Source of the DNA: a virus
Taxonomy: Duplodnaviria > Heunggongvirae > Uroviricota > Caudoviricetes
Virus record (IMG/VR): IMGVR_UViG_3300028454_001165
Location: 1 to 64,000 of that record
Reading direction: 5' to 3' (one strand)
Length of the DNA: 64,000 bases
The notes under the pieces were generated by a model. The model was given only the letters and a program-made list of their open reading frames with translations. It made no database searches and was not told where the DNA came from. The first letter of the stretch is position 1. Each line of letters begins with the position of its first letter. Shown piece after piece: positions 44,973 through 53,423 of this stretch. A program made the translations under genes and the position numbers.

Positions 44973-45407
44973 TCACTTGTTGGCTACGCCAAATATGACA
45001 CGGAGCAATATTATGAAGCAAGTACAGGGAATAATTATAAGAAATAATATTCCAAGTCCATATAAGGGATTATCATTATCATAGGAGTTCTTAGCGATCG
45101 TATAACAGATAATACCTGCGATTATAGACAAGAGCATAAGCGTGCCAAGAGAAATGCCCGCAATCAGTTTAACTTTTCTTTCCCTTGATTCACGTTCCTT
45201 CGCTTCTTTTATTTCGAGAATACGGAGTTTATACTGCAGCTCTGCTTCTCTAATTTGCCCTTCATCTATTGTGCGAATAATGTGCTCGTTATTGTTGTCG
45301 ATTACTATTTTCATCCCGCAGTATGTACAGAAGCATTGGCGGACATCGTCCTTTACTTCAAGATTTGCCCCGCAATGCGGGCATTCTAATTTTATGAGAT
45401 TGATCAT
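44973..45407 (-). CDS. - strand moron: zinc-ribbon + TM protein (144 aa), AT-rich
   Basis: CPHCG...CTYCG ribbon. Two C-terminal TM helices. Roughly 35-40% GC patch 44970-45500. Confidence 0.5.
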   Translation of the reverse strand: MINLIKLECPHCGANLEVKDDVRQCFCTYCGMKIVIDNNNEHIIRTIDEGQIREAELQYKLRILEIKEAKERESRERKVKLIAGISLGTLMLLSIIAGIICYTIAKNSYDNDNPLYGLGILFLIIIPCTCFIILLRVIFGVANK

Positions 45408-45555
45408 TTTTGGTTACCTTGAAAAGTATGTTGAGATTTTTGTTGTTTGAAGATCTTAATTGGTCAGAAGCCTCTTATGTTTACTGCATATACTTAGCAA
45501 ATGAATTGTGTTTATGCTTACAGGTATTTTGTATCCTCATGAAAGGAGGGTTTTT

Positions 45556-46596
45556 ATGGATAAACAATTCGATACTTTGGAGCACCATGGCATCCTCGGG
45601 ATGAAGTGGGGCGTGAGAAGATACCAGAATGAGGACGGATCTCTTACTGAAGCCGGTCGAAAGCGGTATGGTGTCGAGGAAAGTTCTTCAGAATCGGAGA
45701 CGAGGTCTTCACAGGACACCTCGCAGGGGCAGACTTGGAGTCCGGCATCGACTGTGAAGTCAGTCTCCGAGATGTCTGACGAAGAACTGCGGAACGCTCT
45801 GAATCGGATGAATATGGAACGACAGTACAATGAGATGACACGTTCCAGAGAAAATCAAAATACGACTCAGAATAATGCAACGGTTATCGAACGGCCGAAA
45901 ACGACCGGAGAGATGACGAATGCTGAATTGCAGAGTTATATTAACAGACTCGAGTTGGAAAAGCGGTATGCTACTTTGACAGCACCTCCTCCCAAACAGG
46001 TCACAAAAGGCGAACAATTTGTCAAGGATGTCCTGAAGCCTGCGTTCAACGAAGTTGCTAAGCTCTATGTTGTCAATACCTTGAAGAACTTTGTCGGGCT
46101 GAACAACAGCGACAATGGAGGAAAGGACAAGGGTAACGATAATTCCGATAGCGGAAAGAAGAAAAAAACAGGTAATCAGGATAGTCAGTATCAATCCATC
46201 AAGAAGGAACTTGACTCTCTCAAGGCCATGATTTCCTCTTCGAACCAGACCAAGAAAGAGGCAACTGGACAGAACGCGTCCAAATCTGGAGACAGATCCG
46301 ACAATAAGACAGAGTCAGCGGCCAGATCAGAGACCAGAAATGAGAATCGTTCGGAAAGCAGGACCGCAAGCAATTCCTCTCATCGCGCCGATATTCTTCG
46401 CGCAGCCAGAGAGAATGTCAGAACGGCAAAGGAACAGGTAAACCAGAAGTCGAGTAACGATCGGTGGAGCAGTATTCTTAATTCATTAAATGCGCAGAAC
46501 CAGTTTTTGGATAATTCAATACAGAGTCAAAGGGCTCAGATGCAACGTCAAAGAGCTCAGAATTACTTAGACAGATACATTAGTAATCTTCCATAA
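45556..46596 (+). CDS. low-complexity S/T/N/Q/R-rich protein with N-terminal HHGILGMKWGVRRYQN motif (346 aa)
   Basis: GAAAGGAGGG RBS. N-terminal 40 aa nearly identical to the 50539 product. Internal repeated ELxxxxNRxxxExxY blocks. Confidence 0.6.
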   Translation: MDKQFDTLEHHGILGMKWGVRRYQNEDGSLTEAGRKRYGVEESSSESETRSSQDTSQGQTWSPASTVKSVSEMSDEELRNALNRMNMERQYNEMTRSRENQNTTQNNATVIERPKTTGEMTNAELQSYINRLELEKRYATLTAPPPKQVTKGEQFVKDVLKPAFNEVAKLYVVNTLKNFVGLNNSDNGGKDKGNDNSDSGKKKKTGNQDSQYQSIKKELDSLKAMISSSNQTKKEATGQNASKSGDRSDNKTESAARSETRNENRSESRTASNSSHRADILRAARENVRTAKEQVNQKSSNDRWSSILNSLNAQNQFLDNSIQSQRAQMQRQRAQNYLDRYISNLP

Positions 46597-46671
46597 AGAT
46601 CATTTCCCATATAGCATGGGAATGAGGCAGAATGTTTGATGTCGGAAAGCTCATCATTATATGAGATCAGA

Positions 46672-47538
46672 TCAATGCACGCATTTCTGGCATGGGGTTT
46701 TGCCTCTGCGCAAAGCTTCTGATAAGCTTACCGGGTATGAGTTGACACCGCCGCAATCCGGATCGATGTGGTATCTGACTCCGGATGGTGTTATATAGAC
46801 GGTTTCTTCGTCCGGTTCTTCTTCAAGTGTATATATAGTCAGATCTTCCTGCCCTGTGGAGAGTGAGCGGTAATTGGACATATTACCGACAGATTCTCCA
46901 ATACTTTCCATGGCGTAGTAATAGTCATCATAAGTAAAAACTTGCTTGAAGATCAGCCAATCAGCGAGCGGAGCAAGCGGATATTCCTTTTGCGGAGCTT
47001 GAATTGTAGCAAGGGAGACCGTTACAATATCGGCTCGCAGGAAGTTATCAAGATCAACGTTCCAGCGGATCAGGTTTAGTTGCCGGGCAAGATCGTAGGG
47101 GTTGCTCCATGTGAAATCTCCACGGGAGTCATCATAGCCGAGGGCACGAAGGGCAAACGTTAGATACATGGCGGAGGATACAGTGCCGGTACCGAACTCG
47201 GTATCCGAGATGCCGTTGGCAAGGCCCTCGTTATATGCGAATCCTATATAGTCGTCTGCCCAGTTCGGAACGTCAGTGAATGGATGCCAGCGATGGACAG
47301 CCAGAGCTTCTTCTTCATAACCGATCAGACGGATCAGCATGACGATTGCTTCTACTCTGGTTGCGGGTCTCTCCAAATCAAAGTTGTTATCGGAGACTCC
47401 TTTGAATAAACCGAGTGATTTCAAAGCCTGTGCCTGTGATTCTTCCACACCTATGTATCTTGCATTTACTGCTGTCGGCAGGAAACAAAAGAGCATCGCG
47501 ATCGCAAGCAAGAGGGAGATAATTTGTGAAGATTTCAT
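46672..47538 (-). CDS. - strand moron: secreted SLH-domain protein with C-terminal Cys4 (288 aa)
   Basis: Signal peptide (LLLAIAMLFCFLPTAVNA). Two SLH-like repeats (FKGVSDNNFDLERPATRVEAIVMLIRLIGY; GFAYNEGLANGISDTEFGTGT..RALGY). C-terminal CGG...CQKC. Confidence 0.55.
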   Translation of the reverse strand: MKSSQIISLLLAIAMLFCFLPTAVNARYIGVEESQAQALKSLGLFKGVSDNNFDLERPATRVEAIVMLIRLIGYEEEALAVHRWHPFTDVPNWADDYIGFAYNEGLANGISDTEFGTGTVSSAMYLTFALRALGYDDSRGDFTWSNPYDLARQLNLIRWNVDLDNFLRADIVTVSLATIQAPQKEYPLAPLADWLIFKQVFTYDDYYYAMESIGESVGNMSNYRSLSTGQEDLTIYTLEEEPDEETVYITPSGVRYHIDPDCGGVNSYPVSLSEALRRGKTPCQKCVH

Positions 47539-47606
47539 TGAAAAACAGCCTCGCTTATCATTAAGTGATGTGTCTCAAGCAATTTAACGATTTATTATAC
47601 CACAAA

Positions 47607-47620
47607 ATTTTCGTTAACCC
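47607..47620 (+). repeat. C14 homopolymer tract 70 nt upstream of the terminase gene
   Basis: cgttaa-CCCCCCCCCCCCCC-gaaataattt. Confidence 0.6.
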
Positions 47621-47689
47621 CCCCCCCCCCGAAATAATTTACAAAATATTTACAAAGCGGGCTTTTAGGGGCGAAAGGAGATTATCAAA

Positions 47690-49438
47690 ATGGCGCTCTC
47701 GAATACGGCTGTGCCGAGGTACTACGGCGTGTTTCGGGACGCCGTGATTCGCGGGGAGATCCCGGTATGCAGAGAGATTTCCCTTCAGATGAACCGGATC
47801 GACTATCTGATCCGAAGCCCGAACTACTACTATGATCCCGCTCCGGTTGAAGGGTGGATCCGATTCTGCGAGAATGAGCTGACCCTGACGGACGGGTCCG
47901 ATCTCGCTCTTCTGCCGTCGTTCAAGCTTTGGGGCGAGGATCTGCTCGGGTGGTACTACTTCGAGGAACGGAGCGTTTATGAGCCCGGAACAAACGGACG
48001 CGGAGGACGGTATGTCCGCAAGAGGATCAAGAAACGACTGTGCCACAAGCAGTATCTGATCGTCGGGCGCGGCGCGGCAAAGTCCGTTTATGATTCCTCC
48101 GTACAGGCGTTTTTCCTGAATGCGGACTCCTCTACAACCCAGCAGATCACGACGGCTCCGACTATGAAGCAGGCGGACGAGGTAATGAGCCCGATCCGAA
48201 CGGCTATCACACGATCCCGCGGCCCTCTGTTCCGGTTTCTGACGGAAGGATCCATCCAGAACACGACCGGGTCGAAGGCAAAGAGGGTTAAACTGGCTCC
48301 GACAAAGAAGGGGATCGAGAACTTTCTGACGGGATCATTGCTTGAAATCCGTCCGATGAATACGGACAAGCTGCAAGGACTTCGATGCAAGGTGGCCACG
48401 ATCGACGAATGGCTGTCCGGGGATGTAAATGAGGACGTTGTGGGGCCGATCGAGCAGGGGGCTTCCAAGCTGGACGATTATGTGATCATCGCCACAAGTT
48501 CTGAGGGAACCGTTCGGAACGGAACCGGCGACTCCATCAAAATGGAGTTGATAAAGATCCTCAAAGGCGAATACATCAATCCGCACACTTCGATCTGGTG
48601 GTACAAACTGGACAGCTTGGAGGAAGTCGGCAAGCCGAACATGTGGCTGAAATGCAATCCGAACATCGGCAAGACTGTCTCTTATGAGACATATCAGCTT
48701 GACGTGGAACGGGCCGAGAAGGTTCCGTCCGCCAAAAACGATATTCTGGCAAAGCGGTTCGGGCTGGCTATGGAAGGCTACACATACTACTTCACCTATG
48801 AGGAAACCAAAGTGCATAGGCCGCGGGAGTTCTGGTCGATGCCGTGTTCTCTTGGAGCGGACTTGTCTTTGGGGGACGACTTCTGCGCTTTTACGTTCCT
48901 GTTTCCTCTGCCAGACGGATGCTTCGGCGTAAAGACGCGGGCTTACATCACATCGCTGACGATGAGCAAATTACAGGCGTCGCTCCGACAGAAGTACGAC
49001 GAATTCATGGCGGAAGGAAGTCTAATCGTCATGGAGGGAACGGTTCTCGATATGATCGACGTCTACGACGATCTGGACCGGCATATCGCGGAGAAAGAAT
49101 ACGACGTGCGGTGTTTCGGCTACGACCCGTATAACGCGCGGGAATTCGTGGAGCGGTGGACAACGGAAAACGGACCGTTCGGCGTGGAGAAGGTCATACA
49201 GGGCGCGAAGACGGAGAGCGTTCCGCTCGGCGAGCTGAAGAAGCTGGCGGGGGAGAGGATGCTGATCTTCGACGAGCAGATGATGACCTTTGCGATGGGG
49301 AACTGCATTGCGATCGAGGACACGAACGGAAACCGCAAGCTGATGAAGAAGCGGTACGACCAGAAGATCGACTCGGTCGCGGCCATGATGGACGCTTACG
49401 TGGCATACAAGGCCAACCGGGACGCGTTCGAGGGATAA
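47690..49438 (+). CDS. terminase large subunit (582 aa)
   Basis: Walker A LIVGRGAAKS. Walker B-like ATIDEW. C-terminal nuclease motif CSLGADLSLGDDFCAFTFLF. Confidence 0.85.
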   Translation: MALSNTAVPRYYGVFRDAVIRGEIPVCREISLQMNRIDYLIRSPNYYYDPAPVEGWIRFCENELTLTDGSDLALLPSFKLWGEDLLGWYYFEERSVYEPGTNGRGGRYVRKRIKKRLCHKQYLIVGRGAAKSVYDSSVQAFFLNADSSTTQQITTAPTMKQADEVMSPIRTAITRSRGPLFRFLTEGSIQNTTGSKAKRVKLAPTKKGIENFLTGSLLEIRPMNTDKLQGLRCKVATIDEWLSGDVNEDVVGPIEQGASKLDDYVIIATSSEGTVRNGTGDSIKMELIKILKGEYINPHTSIWWYKLDSLEEVGKPNMWLKCNPNIGKTVSYETYQLDVERAEKVPSAKNDILAKRFGLAMEGYTYYFTYEETKVHRPREFWSMPCSLGADLSLGDDFCAFTFLFPLPDGCFGVKTRAYITSLTMSKLQASLRQKYDEFMAEGSLIVMEGTVLDMIDVYDDLDRHIAEKEYDVRCFGYDPYNAREFVERWTTENGPFGVEKVIQGAKTESVPLGELKKLAGERMLIFDEQMMTFAMGNCIAIEDTNGNRKLMKKRYDQKIDSVAAMMDAYVAYKANRDAFEG

Positions 49439-49460
49439 AACAGAAAGGAGGCGACGGCCG

Positions 49461-50519
49461 TTGTCTGTGATAGACATAGAGACAAAGAAAAGATGCGTAG
49501 ACGCCTATAATGAAGGGCGGCCTCCGAAGGAAATCTATCTTCAGCTGTTTCACGACGATTACCCGACCGCGAGCTATGAGAGTTTCAAGCGGAGACTGAG
49601 AAGCTGGCGAAAGCAGGACTACCCTGATCGGAAGACGCTGGACAGCGGGACCTATGAGGGATTTACTGCGCACAATGCCACGGTACAGGTGAACAGCAAG
49701 GGAGAAATCACGCAGGCATGGATTAAACAGACGCTCGACGACGGACAATGGGATGCGCTTCTGGATGCGATCCGGGAAAATACGGAGCCTGTCCGCATCG
49801 AACCGGTAACCGGAGACGGAATCGGCATGCTGGAGATCCCGCTTTTCGATATGCATCTCCCGCTTTCCGACCACACGAAGAGCATTGGACAACTGCTCGA
49901 TATTATCGGGCGGCAGAAATGGGAAGAGATCAATGTCGTTATCGGACAGGATCTGTTTCACAATGACGATATGCGCGGCAGAACCGCTTCCGGCAGAGTC
50001 ATTGAGAAGGCGGACATACCGGAGGCATGGGAAATGGCCCGGACAATCTGGTACAGTGTGATCGACGCTTCTCTCCGGCAGGCAGAACGCGTGAATCTGA
50101 TCTATTCGATCGGGAATCATGACGAGAGTCTCGCTTGGTGTTTTGTTCAGATGCTGAAGGATCACTACCCGCAAGTCCATGTGGACGACCGTTTCAAGCA
50201 GAGGAAGTGCATCTACTGGAACGGATGCTTTATCGGACTGACGCACGGACATTATGCGAGGAGCAAGGTTCACGACCTGCGCGGGCAGTTTACGATCGAG
50301 TTCCCGGAGGAATTCTCCTATGCCATCGTCCGTGAGATCCATGCCGGGCATCTGCACCGCGAAGGAGAAGGCGATCTCTACGGTGTGATGATCCGACGGT
50401 TATTCCGAAACGGTGAGACTGACCGATGGTCCGAGGACGAAGGATATGTCGGTGCGCATAAGCGGTTTATGGTATTCGAATGGATGCCGGGCTGCCTGAA
50501 AGCGGTTTACTATATTTGA
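49461..50519 (+). CDS. HTH-domain + calcineurin-like metallophosphoesterase (352 aa, TTG start)
   Basis: AAAGGAGG 9 nt upstream of TTG. N-terminal transposase/terminase-small-like HTH (KKRCVDAYNEGRPPKEIYLQL...SWRK). Phosphoesterase motifs DMH, GNHDE, GH, GHLH. Confidence 0.6.
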   Translation: MSVIDIETKKRCVDAYNEGRPPKEIYLQLFHDDYPTASYESFKRRLRSWRKQDYPDRKTLDSGTYEGFTAHNATVQVNSKGEITQAWIKQTLDDGQWDALLDAIRENTEPVRIEPVTGDGIGMLEIPLFDMHLPLSDHTKSIGQLLDIIGRQKWEEINVVIGQDLFHNDDMRGRTASGRVIEKADIPEAWEMARTIWYSVIDASLRQAERVNLIYSIGNHDESLAWCFVQMLKDHYPQVHVDDRFKQRKCIYWNGCFIGLTHGHYARSKVHDLRGQFTIEFPEEFSYAIVREIHAGHLHREGEGDLYGVMIRRLFRNGETDRWSEDEGYVGAHKRFMVFEWMPGCLKAVYYI

Positions 50520-50538
50520 AGAGAGGAGACGTAACAGA

Positions 50539-51039
50539 ATGGAGCAAAATGTTTCAAACAATGCGAACGAATCTCTTCAGCATCACGGCATCCTCGGGAT
50601 GAAATGGGGCATTCGGCGATACCAGAATCCCGATGGGACTCTTACGGAAGCCGGGCGGAAAAGGCTGGATCAGAAAGACACGAAGTGGGCGCACAAACGC
50701 GAGGAGAAGATCTACAATCAGACTTACTCAAAGTCGCGCCGTGAGGTGAACAAGTTCGTCAAGGAACTCAACCGGCAGATAAGCCCGACGAATGCGAACG
50801 GACGGCTCTCGGCGACCTACGTCAATGCATACAACCAGAAGCTGGCCGAGATCATGAACAAGAACGTGAAGGAGATCCACGCCCCGTCCGGCAAAGTGGT
50901 CAAGTGGGTGGCAAAACGCGGAGAGGTCGGCGTTCACATGGCTCTGGCCGACGCAGGGTATGATCTGAGCCAGCTCAAACGCGGCGTGTACGGTTCCGGG
51001 CGGATCGCTTACCGGAAAACTTCGGTTGATGTCGGCTGA
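50539..51039 (+). CDS. protein with N-terminal HHGILGMKWGIRRYQN motif (166 aa)
   Basis: GAGAGGAGACG RBS. N-terminus paralogous to the 45556 product. Confidence 0.55.
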   Translation: MEQNVSNNANESLQHHGILGMKWGIRRYQNPDGTLTEAGRKRLDQKDTKWAHKREEKIYNQTYSKSRREVNKFVKELNRQISPTNANGRLSATYVNAYNQKLAEIMNKNVKEIHAPSGKVVKWVAKRGEVGVHMALADAGYDLSQLKRGVYGSGRIAYRKTSVDVG

Positions 51040-51059
51040 CACAGGAGGGCAAAATCAAA

Positions 51060-53405
51060 ATGCAATATACTTTTACCGACAGGCTGAAACATGCCTGGAA
51101 CGTATTTAAGAGCCGCGATCCGACTCAGTACGCAAGGTCTTATGTCGGCGGATTCAGCGAGTACAATCCCGATTTCAACCGGCGGTACTACCGGAATTCC
51201 GGCGACCGGTCCATTGTGACGGCCATCAAAAACCGGATCGCCGTCGACGCCGCGCAGGTGGATATTCAGCATGTGAAGCTGGACGACAACGACCGCTATC
51301 TCGAGACGCTGGACTCCGGCCTGAACCGGTGTCTATCCGTAGAAGCGAACATTGACCAGACGGGCAGAGCGTTCCGTCTGGATATTTTTTTCTCGCTTCT
51401 GGACGAGGGGGTCATCGCGCTTGTTCCGATCGACACGACATTCGACCCGGAGGTGACCGGCACGTATCAGATCAACTCCATGCGGGTCGGACGGATCACG
51501 CAATGGCATCCGAAGCACGTGCATATCAGCGTTTACAACGAAGATACCGGGCGGCGGGAAGAAATGGTTGTTCCGAAGAAAGTCGTGGCAATCGTGGAGA
51601 ATCCGTTTTACGCGGTGATGAACGAGCACAATTCCACCTTTCAGCGGCTGATCCATAAGCTCGCGCTTTTGGACGCGGTGGATGAGCAGTCTTCCTCCGG
51701 CAAGCTGGATCTTATCATACAGCTTCCCTATGTGGTCAAGACGCCGCAGAGAAAGGCGCTTGCGCAGGAGAGGCGGGAGGAGATCGAGCAGCAGTTATCC
51801 GGTTCCAAGTACGGTATTGCATGGACGGACGGTACGGAGAAGATCCAGCAGCTGAACAGGCCGATCGAGAACAATCTTCTCAGTCAGATCCAGTATCTGA
51901 CGGACCTTGCTTATTCCCAGCTCGGTATCACCGCGGATATCCTGAACGGAACGGCGGACGAGAAGACGATGCTGAACTACAACAACCGGATCATCGAGCC
52001 CCTTGTGGCGGCGGTCGCGGACAGCATCAAGCGGACTTTCCTGACAAAGACTGCCATCACGCAGCATCAATCCATCGAGTATTACCGCGATCCGTTCGCT
52101 CTGGTACCGGTGGAGAAGATCGCCGAGATCGCGGACAAATTCGGACGGAACGAGATCACGACGTCCAACGAAATCCGTCAGGCAATCGGCATGAAGCCGT
52201 CGACCGATCCGAACGCAGATATTCTCCGGAACAAGAACCTCTATGACACAACCGGTCAGGCTCCGGGGACAAATCCCGCAGGCGGGGAAGAAGAGGCCGA
52301 GGAAGAGGACGACGGGCCGATGACGGAGGAGGATTACCTTCGGGCGGTATCCGATCTCGACGATATGGACGAGCAGCTCGACAATCTCGAAGCCTCTTTG
52401 CGGCACTTTGACGATCCGCAGGAGGCGAAAGAGTATCGGAGATGGTACTACGAGAACGTCGAGAAGGAAAACCGGAAGCTCGGCTACGGCAATGCCTCGA
52501 CCAAGGGGCTGAACGAGGAAGGCCGGGCCTATGCGAAGTACATCCGGGAGCTTTTCGGAAACGAGCGCAAGGCCAAGGTTGCCGACTCGAAGGCCAGACA
52601 GGACGCGGGGATCGAATCCAGCAAATCGAGCACGAACGAGGGGATCGAGAAGAGCAAGACCGCGCGGGATACGCTTGTCGGCAACATCAATGCCTCTCGG
52701 GACAGCCGGATCGAATCCGAACGGACGAAGATGAACGCCGGGATCGAAAAGAGCCAGTCCGAACGGGACAGCCGCATCGCTTCTGTCAATGAGGAACGGG
52801 ATAAGAATATCGAGTCTGAGCGCACGCGCACAAAATCTGAAATCGAATCGCACAAGAATTCGATGCAGATGAAGATCGACACGCTGAAAAACTATCTTTC
52901 CGGGCTGAGCAAGGAAGACAAGGCGGCGGTCAAGGAGCGCGTACAGCAGGAAATCTCCGATCTCAGAGAAGACAACAAGCAGAAGCGGACAGAGCTTCAG
53001 GAGGCCTTCAAAGCGACAAGCGCGGAACTGCGCACCGAAGCCAAGACGGAAAACGATGCTGCGAGACAGGGGCACAAGGACACCTCTTCCTCCCTGCGCG
53101 AAGAGTTCAAGACGACAAGCGGCAATCTCCGCACGCAGTCGAAGAACAGCACGACGGCTATCAAGGAGGCGCATCAGTCCAAAGCGGCTTCCCTCAGAGA
53201 GCAGCACAAGCAGACAAGCGCCGGTCTGAGAGAAGAGCACAAGGCAAATACCGCCAAGGCCAAGCAGGAATATGAGGATGCTTACGCCGCAGAGCTTGAA
53301 TACATCAAATCTCTCCCGGAGTATCAAGCCGCGACGAAATCGAAGTCAAGCGGAAGCAAAGCTAAGTCTACTACCGTCGTCTATAAAGGCAAGAAGAATC
53401 TATAA
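51060..53405 (+). CDS. putative portal protein with about 360-aa repetitive C-terminal extension (781 aa)
   Basis: Size and position immediately upstream of the protease-capsid gene. Globular N-terminal 420 aa. C-terminal half made of degenerate IES(E/S)RT(K/R) and LREEHK(x)TS repeats. Confidence 0.55.
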   Translation: MQYTFTDRLKHAWNVFKSRDPTQYARSYVGGFSEYNPDFNRRYYRNSGDRSIVTAIKNRIAVDAAQVDIQHVKLDDNDRYLETLDSGLNRCLSVEANIDQTGRAFRLDIFFSLLDEGVIALVPIDTTFDPEVTGTYQINSMRVGRITQWHPKHVHISVYNEDTGRREEMVVPKKVVAIVENPFYAVMNEHNSTFQRLIHKLALLDAVDEQSSSGKLDLIIQLPYVVKTPQRKALAQERREEIEQQLSGSKYGIAWTDGTEKIQQLNRPIENNLLSQIQYLTDLAYSQLGITADILNGTADEKTMLNYNNRIIEPLVAAVADSIKRTFLTKTAITQHQSIEYYRDPFALVPVEKIAEIADKFGRNEITTSNEIRQAIGMKPSTDPNADILRNKNLYDTTGQAPGTNPAGGEEEAEEEDDGPMTEEDYLRAVSDLDDMDEQLDNLEASLRHFDDPQEAKEYRRWYYENVEKENRKLGYGNASTKGLNEEGRAYAKYIRELFGNERKAKVADSKARQDAGIESSKSSTNEGIEKSKTARDTLVGNINASRDSRIESERTKMNAGIEKSQSERDSRIASVNEERDKNIESERTRTKSEIESHKNSMQMKIDTLKNYLSGLSKEDKAAVKERVQQEISDLREDNKQKRTELQEAFKATSAELRTEAKTENDAARQGHKDTSSSLREEFKTTSGNLRTQSKNSTTAIKEAHQSKAASLREQHKQTSAGLREEHKANTAKAKQEYEDAYAAELEYIKSLPEYQAATKSKSSGSKAKSTTVVYKGKKNL

Positions 53406-53423
53406 AGGAGGCAGAAAATCAAA

